NCBI GenBank assembly: GCA_910592345.1
Contig: CAJVPI010000213.1
Location: 1 to 42,180, forward strand
DNA from: Paraglomus brasilianum
Taxonomy: Eukaryota
Direction of reading: 5' to 3'
Length of the DNA stretch: 42,180 nucleotides
Part shown: positions 11,091 to 22,412 of the stretch, in pieces
Layout of the letters: every line of letters begins with the position of its first letter
Numbering within the stretch: position 1 is the stretch's first letter
The notes under the pieces: generated by a model
Told to the model about the DNA's origin: nothing
What the model saw: the letters and a program-made list of their open reading frames with translations, nothing else
Databases searched by the model: none
Position numbers and translations under genes: made by a program

Positions 11091-11833
11091 CTATTCCAAA
11101 GGTACTTGTGTAATTATATCTTTTATACGCCTAAGAATTATTTCGCTATCACATTGGATAGAGTCCGGAACGTATGGCGGTGATATATGTGCTCTGTCCA
11201 TTATATGAATATCAGGGTCTTCAGGCGTATGTGTAATTTGGATTCTATTCTAAAGGGGGGGGGGTTTCGATTAGGAAAACACAAGGTTATTTAAAGCATT
11301 GGCTTTCTTTTCACTAACCTTAGTAAATGTAGATATTAGTTTCTCTTTTCGCTGCTGAATTTTTTCTGAATTTTGAAAATAGCCTTTCGCCTCATCGGAT
11401 ATGACAGAGTCAAGAACTGTCTGCGAAAGACGATCGTCTCCGTCTTGAACTAAAAAGTTATAGAATCAATAAGTCAGTTTTATAATAAATAGAATCAGAA
11501 ACGAGCTCAGCTTTTCCAACTTTGTAATGCCGCAACAGCGTGACGCATGATTACTGAGAGCTTGTATTTTGGAGGAAGAGTTTCCTTGTCCATGGATTTA
11601 CTTTCCAACTGTCGAGAATTTCGGGGAACATTAGCACTGTAATTGACACATTGCAGTCACTGAATTCTGCTCACCCTCAGTAGAAAAATTGTATGTGTGA
11701 TTGGGTCAACATTGTACAAATAGCCGTCGATTTCTTCTCCACTTGCAAGCCTTACTGTGGTCCGTTGACCCAACTCACGTTCTATCTGATCGACTGTAAA
11801 TCCGTATACCGGCTGTATTGCATCGAGCGACAT
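11091..11833 (-). CDS. GEMIN6: Gemin6 (SMN-complex Sm-like protein), 178 aa, 4 exons
   Basis: Exons 11833-11675, 11608-11521, 11449-11319, 11249-11091. Sm-like GYLYNVDPITHTIFL and VIMRHAV; C-terminal QRKEKL...KNRI and ISPPYVPDSIQCDSEIILRRIKDII resemble the Gemin6 C-terminal domain. Confidence 0.8.
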
Positions 11834-11970
11834 TATGATCAATGCGTTGAAAACTCAGAACGTGATTTCGACTAAAATGTTCATCACGCTAACCAACCAA
11901 TCATGATAGGATGTAAGATGTTTATGAGCAAAACACTTGGTGCGTAGCATGCGTTCTTCCCGGAATTGCA
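11834..11970. promoter_or_regulatory. 137-bp bidirectional promoter between GEMIN6 and YJU2B
   Basis: Divergent start codons at 11833 (-) and 11971 (+); CCAAT-like 'aaccaatca' near 11895. Confidence 0.6.
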
Positions 11971-13850
11971 ATGCAACCTTTTAATAAATACTATCCGCCA
12001 GATTGGGATCCGAGCCAGGCTAGTACAGTTCTCTTAATACTAGATCTATTAAAAAAGCTTGTATAGGTACTTATCTACGGCTGGCTGTAGGGCTCGGTGA
12101 ACAAATTTGTGGGGAAACATCCACTTGGCGACAGAGCCCGGAAGATAGATCAGGGCATTTTAATCGTCAGGTTTGTTTTATTTTACCCTATTGCTGTTCC
12201 CTTCTTGTCGTGTTTTTTCTGGTTGTTAACCTAAGTTGCGGGGCTTGGCGCTATGATGTCAACGTATCGTACTCAAGATTCGAATTACCATTTAACATCT
12301 GGTGTGAAGGTTGTGAAAACCATATTGGCAAAGGTAAATTGTTAATTGACGTATTTCTGGTCAATCAATTCCAGCAATTGCGCTCACATTTTACTGTCAC
12401 GTCTGTTCAGGGGTTCGCTATAATGCAGAGAAGAAGAAAGCTGGGAACTATTACAGTACGCCAATATGGAGTTTCCGTATGAAATGTCACTTGTGTGATA
12501 ATTGGTTTGAAATCCAAACGGATCCAAAGGTATTATAGATTGTAATTATTCTTGATTTCACTTTTATATGGGTATGCATCTAACATAAACCAACTTGTTT
12601 ATAGAATGCGGAATACGTAGTGGTGTCGGGAGCGCGACGGAAAGAAGAAGAGTGGGATCCAGAGGATACGGGGACAATAAAACTGAAAGGTGATTAGTAT
12701 TTTCTAGTTCGTGCAGCATTCGTCTGACAATCCGTAACTAAATTGTTCTGATCTGTATGCAGATGACGATGAGGCACGAAAACTTGCAGAAGATGCTTTT
12801 TATAAATTAGAACACGCAGTCAAGGACGAGCAGAAGCATGCTGCAGCCGTTCCTGCGCTGACACAGTTGCAAGTATGCGTTATGAGACAAAAACACTCGA
12901 GGAGATATATTCAATTGGAGAGATTGACTGAAATTTAATTTTATTGATGACAGCGTTTGAACGAGCGGCAGTGGGCCGACCCATATACCCTTTCACAGAA
13001 AATGCGCAAAATATTCAGAGCAAGTATTGGAAGCATCGGTTTGGGCTTACGCTGTTCGGTTGTATTGACAGGAATTGTCGAATTTATTAGAATGATAAGA
13101 AAGTGCGGGAAGTACAGAATCGGCAAGATGAGGAAATACTTGATCGAAATGGGTTATCGATAGCTTTGTTGCCTGAATCACATGATGACATCATAAAAGC
13201 AAAAACTACACAATTTTTAGGTGTTTTCCATTACCTCAATTTATTGGACCATTATTTGTTTGTTTGTGAGACCTCAGAATTAATACCACTCAACTCTTTT
13301 ATGATTCAGACCCTGTACTAGAACAAGCGCAAAAGCGAAAGCTGGAAGTAACAGCATCGTCAATATTCGAACCACGTTCTTCACGAAAAGAATCCAAGAA
13401 AACAAAAGTGTCGGCGCTGGCGGCTAAAGACAAGATTGCCCAGCTTTCCGCAATGGCCAAAGTTAATACAAAGTTGAAAATCGATCCGTTTTTGAGGAGT
13501 GACACTGTGGTCAGTAAACCAAATAACGTAGGAAGCGTGTTGGGTATAGTAAAAAGAAAGAATGCAATTAATCATGCCGAAGCTAGTGGCAGCAGCGAGT
13601 GGGAAAATATGGAAGAGGAAGTAGACGAACCGATCGATGAAGTCATGAAAAATATTTTGCACAGTCAACGGGAAAGGGCCGCAGACGGTAATTGTATATT
13701 ATTCGTTTTATTCGTATATGCAATACAACCGCTGATTGACTGTCTGATTATCGGTTCTCTTGAGCAGTGCGTATTCCTTCGATATCACTGGTGAGCACTG
13801 ACTACGATAATGACGACTCTGAAGAAAGTGAGGAGACAGAAGAGGGGTAA
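11971..13850 (+). CDS. YJU2B: YJU2B/CCDC130 (Saf4, CWC16 family) splicing factor, 384 aa, 10 exons
   Basis: Exons 11971-12018, 12091-12170, 12278-12333, 12411-12529, 12605-12689, 12763-12872, 12954-13019, 13091-13220, 13310-13687, 13768-13850. Motifs NKYYPPDWDP, HPLGDRARKIDQGILIVRFELPFNIWCEGC, GVRYNAEKKK.GNYYSTPIWSFRMKCHLC, EIQTDPKN.EY, WADPY. Introns 1 and 7 need GC donors. Confidence 0.93.
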
Positions 13851-14163
13851 TGAACGATAGAACTGGTTTATATTGGTAGATAAATTAATTTATGAGAAGC
13901 AATTGCGTACTGGCAAACTTTGAGATACTTGTCGCCTCTTAATTAATAGCAAGTCGAAATGAGGAAGAAACATTTCCCAGTTATTATTTCGAGATTCTTT
14001 ACTCAATCTTTTGTCAAGTGTCATTTGCTTACTCGTTCATAATAAGTAATATTAAGAGCTAGTTAATTATAGACGCCATTGGTTTATTATTTGTAAAGAG
14101 CGTAATATAATGTCGTTTAGAAGTCAATCTTAACAACAATTTAACGGCACGCTATTTGCATGT

Positions 14164-14681
14164 TTATTCGGCTGGTGGTTCTCCGAGATGGAATAATGGC
14201 TTTCCGGCCTTATGACTGATATATGCAAGAGAATATTTGTGAGCGTTAATATCAGAATAAACGAATTCATACATTGTTACTTACTATTGCCATGCACCGG
14301 CTGTTCCAATGAAGAATCGTAAGATTGCATAGTATGGAATAAGGAGGAAAAGTTAAAAGACGGTAGCAACAGATCTAACGACACAACCGCTTTGTCTGAT
14401 GGTATACGTACCAATAAATGGAAGAGAGAACCCAGTCCCAGTATAGAGGATGAACTTTACAGCAAAAGCACCTTTGTTTGCAGTACTGAAAGGAAGGTGC
14501 TAGAGAAACCCACATACAGTGAAAGTTCAGAAGCCTATGGTCGGTATTCCAAGTTCTATACTTGATGACAATATATACTCACAGAACCATTTTCATTTTC
14601 CCAGTGATAATACGACCCACGTACGGGACGTGCGAATGCACGCGCACGAATGGCCGAACGATTGAAGAGTGCGCTGTTCAT
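14164..14681 (-). CDS. COX7C: Cytochrome c oxidase subunit VIIc (yeast Cox8-type), 84 aa, 4 exons
   Basis: Exons 14681-14583, 14499-14412, 14300-14285, 14215-14164 (GT-AG) give MNSALFNRSAIRARAFARPVRGSYYHWENENGSHLPFSTANKGAFAVKFILYTGTGFSLPFIAGAWQYHKAGKPLFHLGEPPAE*. Arg-rich presequence plus the H..E.G..LPF, GF..PF and WQ signature. Confidence 0.85.
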
Positions 14682-15878
14682 TTATTCTGAGTCAACCGAA
14701 ATTGGTCTTATAATACTAATACCCGTCTGAATTTTTCGGCGAAGAATAAATTATCACATCTATATGGGGCGGCACAACCGAAATGTGTGACAGGTTATGC
14801 CGATGATGTGGTACAACTGTCAATTGATCTGACTAACTCTGCCTCATCAACAAACCTCGTGTTTGCTTAAATAATAATAAGCATAATAATAATAATAATA
14901 TCTCCTTTGTTTAGTCGAAGCAAATATTTTTCTCTCAATCAAAACTTCTCTTTCCACTTTCACCATACGAAACTCTTTTAACGTTCATATAATAATAAGT
15001 ACCTTTAAAATTAAAGTTTATAACAGTTACACAGCTTGTGATTATTGAACAATATGGAAGTCGAGAATACAGAAAATACTCGACAGGTTTGTCAATTATG
15101 CACCTGTTCGGGTGAACTTTATTTTGAGAAAATTTTTAAGTTTTATTAAAGTTTATCGATAATGTTTACCGTTATTTAGTTTATGATAATTTTTACATAG
15201 TTCATCAATAATATAAGTTATCTGCTATTAAAGAGGTTTTTTTTGTTTATGCAAATTTTTTAATGTTTTATTATACGTGCTATTCCCTGGGCCTCGACAG
15301 CAATAGTGTTGTAAGCTAGCTTGAGGAGAGTTGACATGGTGGAGGTAAAAGGGGAGAAATTGTGTGGGGAATAGGGGAATATGGAAATTGGAGTTGTACG
15401 ATCTTTTTCTAGCATGTTCCAGGACATTCAGTCATTCGCGTAATGAGTAACTGTCGAGACTTACTAAAAAATAGTAGCTTATTCGTAATAAACCAAGATA
15501 ACTTTGTTTCCTATTAACGTTAAAGCTTTATTTCCATTTCATTATTCTGTTCGTAATTTCTGGAAATAACGATAATGATGTCACCAGAGTTTTAGTTTTC
15601 TTTTTTTCATTGGCTCAGCCAAAATGCCTTGCATATTGTCACCCTTCAGCCAATAGGCATGTATTTATCTGAAACGCCATCAAACTTTTTTTTTTCCTCA
15701 ACTTTATTGCTATTTCTTAAACATTAACGCGTCAAATCACATGTAAGTACCATTCTGAGATTTACAAGTGGCAGAACCCCATTCGTGGAGGAAACCAGTC
15801 ACAGTATTGTTTTGGTATAGAAGGGACGCCTTTCATCACTAACTTGACAATTTGTTTTTTCACCGCTAGATCACAATA

Positions 15879-18251
15879 ATGTCTATGTCTACCAATGTCC
15901 ATTACCAAGTCAATGATGGCCGTGCAGTATCTAGAGTCGAACTTTCGAAAGGAAATGGCCTTATCGACTTACGCGATTCAATCAAGGAAAAAGAATTACT
16001 TAACGTGGCTAGCAGTACCCTGAAGCTTTTCGTAACGCCTGGAAATACGGGTCGTTTTGAACTTGATGGACCTCTGTTTCAAAAGTACAATAAGAAATTT
16101 GAAGACTTAATACAGAATGTTCCCATTAACAAAGATAATCCAATTATAGTGGAGCTTCCTGGTGTGTATTTTGTTCTCTAAAAAATAAACGCTTTCATAC
16201 TCCACACCCTCCTTGTTAGTATAGCTTTAAATAATGCCTTTATAGTAATGTCGCCCACTGCTTTTTTCGTCGCATTTGCCAATTACCGCACCGTTTATTA
16301 CTTATGTCTTAGATTATTATGTTTCGTTTCACAATAATGTTCTTTTTTCTAGGATGCAAATTCATCATATTCTGTCTACATTTTCTATTTATTTTATTTC
16401 ACAGCTCATCGATTTTCTACTAAACTTATACTTTCCACTTGCCCCTCTTTATGGTTCTGACTTTCTACCTGCCTTTCCATCTATGATTGTGACTGGTTTG
16501 CCGTGAAGCCCCAGAGCCTGGTATGTTATTGGCTGGCAGAGTAATTTTGACAAAGTTAGAATTTTTATTTCATCTTCTTTATATCTTTGATATTTCTTGT
16601 AGAGGGTGAACCTTCAACCAAAAGGCAAAAAAGAGCTCTTTCTGAAATTCTCAGTGAATTGGGTTTTGAACATGTATATACTCGAAATCGCATTGATTTG
16701 AATAAGCTGAGCTGTGAAGAGCTTGTGCGTTTCATCACGAAACTTGGTCAACCACTGATGGATCAGGACTTGTTTGGTGTGGTGTTTGATACTGCTTCTT
16801 CAATCAAGGACAAAAAGGTTCCAGTGCCCAAAAGCAATGGCATCATCACGTCAAATGAACCTTTATCTCTACCAGTAGTTTACATGCATCAACTCTTTGT
16901 AAGGCCTGATTATGTAAATCTCTACAACATCATCGTCAAGAAAGGTGGTCGCATACACCTCACAGGCACATCCGGCATTGGAAAATCCTGCTTTCTTGTG
17001 TACTTTGTTATCCGCCTGTTGAGTGAGAGCAGAGATGAAGCCCCAAATGTCATCGTCTTCCAAACCAAAGATCCTCTGCAGAAATGGTACTGCTTCATGG
17101 GGACAAGTGCTTTGCGTTGTGGAAGTTACCAGGATTTTTATTCTGTTTTGACCTTTAAAAATGCATGGTATTTAGCTGATGACATCGTGGATCCCCGTGT
17201 CCTCAATGTAAATACTCTCGTCACTCTTTCACTGAACAGTCTCTATGAGTATGGCAATAAACAGTTCCAAGAGTATGCCAAAAACTGTATGACATATTAT
17301 ATGCCTCCCTGGAGTATTAATGAACTGACATCCTGCCAGCAACAGATCTTCCCAAATTTACCCCCTGCTTTGATGAGCAAACTTTTCCTTAAGGCCGGAG
17401 GTATCCCAAGATACATACTGCAGCAGGGGCAAATTCAATGGGATGATCCTGCCAACAACCAAAACTATGATCTTGTTGAAAAAAAGGCTTTGCGACGTTT
17501 CTTTCTGGCTTTTACAGAACTTGGTAATACGGTCAAGCTTTTGGAATGCTTTCGTGATGGAGGTCATTACATGAAATACAGTAGCCGTTTGATCCATACT
17601 TGGAATAGTGATGATTCGTACACGGACTGTTACTTTAAGTTTGCTTCACGTTATGTCTTCGACAAAATCCAGGATTGCTTCACAGAAGAAACTGCACGAT
17701 ATATGTTACGGCAATTAGCTGATCATACTTTCTATGGTACCAACTACAGAGGGAAAATGTTCGAGCTATATGTTCTCTATCTATGGCGATCAGGTGGCAG
17801 TCGATACACAACTAAAAAACTTGGGGTCGCGAATAGTTCATCGGGAGAGCTCTGTACACAGAGAAACCCCAGCATTCACCGAGTTCAAAATGTAGATACC
17901 TTCAAAATACCTGACAGATCGAAGAATGAGCTCTTTATACCGCTCCACTGCAATTTCCCAACTGCTGATTTTATTGTGTCACCCGACAAAATCTTCCAGA
18001 TTACAATTACTACAGATCATGGTGTTAACATGAATGGATTGGTGAAAATCATGAACGAAATGCGTAGAGCAAATCCCGGGACAGATAAAATCAAAATTTT
18101 TTTCGTCGTCCCAGAGGATATTTACAATAACTTTAAATTTCAAAACTACATGACAGCTAAAAATCAGAAGGCTCAACACCTGGCTTATGAAACAAAATAC
18201 GTTGAACAATGGGCATTGAAAATTGACATTGCATCTGCGCAACGTCTATAG
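15879..18251 (+). CDS. Crinkler (CRN)/RHS-like protein: ubiquitin-like header + NLS-like motif + P-loop NTPase + restriction-endonuclease-fold domain (about 643-647 aa)
   Basis: Exon 15879-16161 has a CRN-type header (IDLRDSIKEK..LKLF..NPIIVELP). Probable 12-nt micro-exon 16509-16520. Exon 16603-18251 has KRQKR, LFVR..Y, Walker A GTSGIGKS, WYLADD, YMPPWS.NEL, GGIPRY, GKMFELY, NFPTADF, QIT...H and FVVP. Likely 5'UTR intron 15743-15869. Confidence 0.85.
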
Positions 18252-18717
18252 AGGTGTGCAACCTCAGGTCACTGTTTTTCGTGTGTGCATTTTTCCCCCC
18301 TGTCTGATATTACGTTATTTGCATTTTAAGATGTAAAAACTCCAGCTTTAATTGTAATTTCTGTAACGTATCAAATTCGATATTCGTATATCTAAAAAAT
18401 TATACACATGCACACCAAGAAATTGATTTTCTTAACATGTTTGAATTGTTGTGCGGTAGAGTAAAAAATTAATAAATCCCTAATTATGTGCCATAACACC
18501 AAGCGGCTGCGGTTTCTTCTGAATTAGGTGCATGCATCCTCAGGAAATGCTGGAAAAAATTTTTTGTTGTACAAATAATTTTACTATTAATAATGGTCAA
18601 TCTTGTGCATCTATATACACCGGTGTCTCAACCTAGCGTCCTGTGTAACTTTTAAAAATTTAAGTCATAACAGCGCGTGCTGTAGGTCACACCTTTATTC
18701 CTGGAACGAGTAGCCTT

Positions 18718-18793
18718 CGAATCTGGGAGAAAGCGGAAACTTTAACTTTTCGACTAAAAAATTGTTAAACAGTTCCGCTTTCTCCCAGATTCG
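18718..18793. repeat. Perfect 21-bp inverted repeat / hairpin (probable MITE)
   Basis: cgaatctgggagaaagcggaa (18718-18738) and ttccgctttctcccagattcg (18773-18793). Outer 8-bp IR gtcataac (18664) / gttatgac (18802). Confidence 0.85.
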
Positions 18794-19035
18794 CCTATAA
18801 GGTTATGACACTATACACTACGATACAGAAGCATTTTAACATACGCTTTGCATTTTTGCTTGAATAACCAACATGTCGATTGACCGGGAAATTTATCACT
18901 ATCTAACATCCACTTCACCAGCCGAAATCAATGTCCACGCTGTTATCTATAAGGCCTTTGTAGAAAATTGTTGGATATCGCAAGATGGTTTAAAATCAAT
19001 TATACAGAGAGCAATAACCGCAACTCAGTTTCATT

Positions 19036-19814
19036 ATGAAAACACCTTGTTATTTTTTTTCCCCTTCTCAAATTGGGATATCTCCGGCCGATGAAAATTT
19101 AATCCATTGGTCACGTGGTTTCGATAAGTCGGCCTACCATGCCCGAGGTTATAAAATCGGTCAGTTTCGCTCTCAATGGTCTTTGATTACTATTTGGATC
19201 TTGTTCTTGCTTATTATCGTTCGAAGCACGAAAGGGGAGAACATCACCTCTTTCTGCAATTGTTCTTGCATTGGTAAACCGCCAGAAATAATACCTTTAA
19301 GTCAGACGAACGCAAACAGTGAATGTGCAAATTGCACAAGAGCATTCTGTGAAGAGCAATTAGGAAAAGATTTCTGTGGACTAAAGACTAGAGAAGGCAA
19401 TCCTATCGATGACAACAGTTGTGGGACAGAGTTAACTGCAACATGCACATGCTTTGGTAAGTCGTTGACTGTTTTTTCTGTCCTGTAGTTGTTAGTCCAC
19501 CGGGGATATAATCACAATTGAGCAGAGCCTGTAATGGCTTATTATTATAGCGATCAAATAAGCAAAAGCACGAGCGTGATATACTATCATTCCTTTTACA
19601 GAGCGTGATTCATACAAAGATAAAGCCATTGTTTATATGTATATTGTCATAACGATTGGCTTGCTGTTTGCTGCTATAGCTAAGCCGTTCCTCTCCCATT
19701 GGCGGAAGGTTTGTTATCTCAAACATTGTTTCAATCGAAGAGTCTCTTAATAATTATCCAAATATGTAGGGTCCGAATGCCGCACATATTTATACGTCAA
19801 TGCCGAATAGTTGA
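19036..19814 (+). CDS. Small Cys-rich membrane protein of an uncharacterised fungal family (C.C.C...C..C...FC...CF.RDS.KD-TM); start codon uncertain
   Basis: Exons 19036-19456, 19602-19708, 19770-19814 (GT-AG, in frame). Hydrophobic segment LITIWILFLLIIV, a domain with 10 Cys, then CFERDSYKDKAIVYMYIVITIGLLFAAIAKP (TM). Confidence 0.75.
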
Positions 19815-20630
19815 GCGCTTCTAGTTATTCTGAGTTGGTTATTGTTGAAATCTATTTATTCGCTAGAATTACTATCACACGTGATAAATACCAATACTGA
19901 TAATAATATGAGACTTGGCTTTCGAAGACTACATTGTACAAAACGTGATCGCTTTGAGAATTTTATTACGTGTTAACCTGTACTGTGATATTGCTGACAG
20001 AGAAAATAAAAATACTCTGCGTTATTTAAGCACTGAAGAAGCGAGCTGAAGGGAAAGTGTATTGTTTATCTTATTACAATGATGACTTCACGATTAGTAT
20101 TAAGCATTTACATACCACATAAATACGCATTATAATTAGGCCAAGTTTCTTTATTGATTCAGTTTAGTCATGTACTAGCTGTCTAAAAGCAGTTTTATAT
20201 TTAGTGGTTTTCAATAAAGATTCTATAAAAACGAAAAAGCCAATCTGTGCTTTAAAGATCTTATATTAAAATTAAAAGCTAGTAATATGGGAACCAAAGG
20301 CGATTGAGAATTTGTAACTACACAAATTATTCAGATGCAATGAAGATTTATTATTATACTTTTATGTGTAGGAACAGCTGACATTGTAATAATAATAAAC
20401 AATAGGTAATTTTCAGACATGAATACTTGGAGGGAGCAACCAAGCTTTGGAATCACAGGACACATCCATGGTGTGCAATACCTGAAGAGTCAATCCAGCA
20501 GATGGAATCTCAAGGAATACTCTCAAAGATATCTTCAACTGTTTCACCAACCAAATCATACATTCTAGCTTTACTACTAAACATCCTCCTATCTGTGTTT
20601 ACTGGCCCAAATTGCAAATATGTACTTTAC

Positions 20631-20690
20631 TATTACGGTCGGATGGCTTCCGACCGGGGGATGTTTCCAGATTTAGCTTCGCGTTACCGC
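20631..20690 (+). repeat. Dispersed repeat shared with 40446-40542 (TGTTACGG start, LTR-like end)
   Basis: Both sites carry 't(a/g)ttacggtcggat' and 'ttc(c/t)gaccgggggatgtt..cagattt(a/g)gcttcg(c/t)g'. Confidence 0.6.
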
Positions 20691-21729
20691 CCTTATTACG
20701 GTAATTGTTCAATTAAGACTGAATTCTAAATCTACAAGTGACTTAATTTAACAATTAAAATGCGCGCTTTCTAATTCCCTATAACTAGAATAACAACAAC
20801 GAAGGAGATAAATCTATTTATAATTTAAACAGGATTTGGTGTTTCGACTAGTCGGAAAACGTCACTTGTCTCTAATTTGTTTCAATAATTAGTAGTTGAT
20901 CAGCGGACAATTTATACAGCTTGGTGGAGCCGTTTATTAGTGTGTCCGATCAAATAATTAATGAAAGAAAGTGAAATTTCAATTTCAAAGGGAATTGTTT
21001 ATTTGGTTACTAATATTCCGTGGATTAGGTATTTACGATGGGATAAGGGTCGCTTATATACCTTAGCGACACTGAAAACCTGAAACAAAGCTAAAAATAT
21101 CTAAATACAAGTGGGTCTTGATATAACGACACGCTCGGTTCCAATACAAAATTAAGGTGGGTTTTGCTTTGCCAAATCAAATCTCGCTTTTTCGTAACGT
21201 AACAAGTTTCTTCCGACATCGGACTGTCCATATGTCCATGCATCCATTAGGGCCGAACGAGGAGAGAATTCACTGAATAATTTCACGCTTAACTAGATTA
21301 AAACATAGATTCAATAGCAAGAATTGCAAAAATATAATTTCATTATAAAACTTGGGAAGATTTTACCATGTGACTTGCTTATCAGATCAGCTTGCCGTTA
21401 CAAGAGGCAAGCTTCTTGATTTTTGCATCAGCACTTACAACAAAGGGCGCTACTACTACAATAATACAAGACTGAGTATATGAATTGTAAGTACATAAAC
21501 CCAGTTTAAAGATCACTAATACAACGATTTAAGCAGGAGGGTCAATTACTGAATGTTCACCTGCAGTAGTTGGCACAACAACACCAGCAATAACAACAGT
21601 ATCAGAGACAACAGGAATATGCCTATAACATGGGGTATGCTGCAACAAAAAACCAGACAAAGTGAACATTTGAATATGTGAGCTAAAAATTGCTAGTGTG
21701 GCCACGCTATAATAATAAACGGTGACGTA

Positions 21730-21895
21730 CAGTCGTACCCCTCTATAGTCACTCCCTCTATAAGCACACATATAAAAAACCTCTTTATAAGCACACCATG
21801 TTGAGAACCAATTACTATTAAACTTATAGAAAAAACCCTCTATATAGTCACAACCTCTTTATAAGCAAAAGTTGCATTGTTCCCAACAGCGTGTA
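21730..21895 (+). mobile_element. Left part of a pogo/Tigger-like MITE
   Basis: TA-cagtcgtacccctctatagtcac terminus and repeated subterminal motif cctct(a/t)tata(a)g(t)ca. No right TIR seen. Confidence 0.6.
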
Positions 21896-22412
21896 TTCTC
21901 CTAAAAATTTCTGCGGTACAGTAACACCAGCGCGCATGGTGCAGTGATACAAGCAAGCATCGCTGTAAAAAACGTAACAACGTATACTGAGAATAATAGT
22001 TAGATAATTGGTAATAGCTGCTAAAAATAGATCAATTAGTCCGCTCGAAAGATATATAAGTAGCGTAGATTTCAGTTAAATAGAGGGTCAGTCAATAAGT
22101 GCATGTTTAGAATGTTCTATTACTCTCGATTCCTTTATTGTAAATAAATGAGTAGTTCTTTATACTCTGAAATACATTGTTAATGATTCATTCCCTGGCT
22201 GGTAACTTATTGGTATAGCTGAGAAACCGCTAATCCCTATATCGATGGAGAATAATCGCGATTATTCGAGTGGCAAATTATGATAATTAACTGTTATGTA
22301 GATACGTATTATATAATTAAAATACCAACTAACGGTAGAATAAGAATTAATCCCATCTTGGGACAGTAATTCTAACCTAGGCGGTGGTGTACTTAAACCA
22401 TTACTTTCATCA

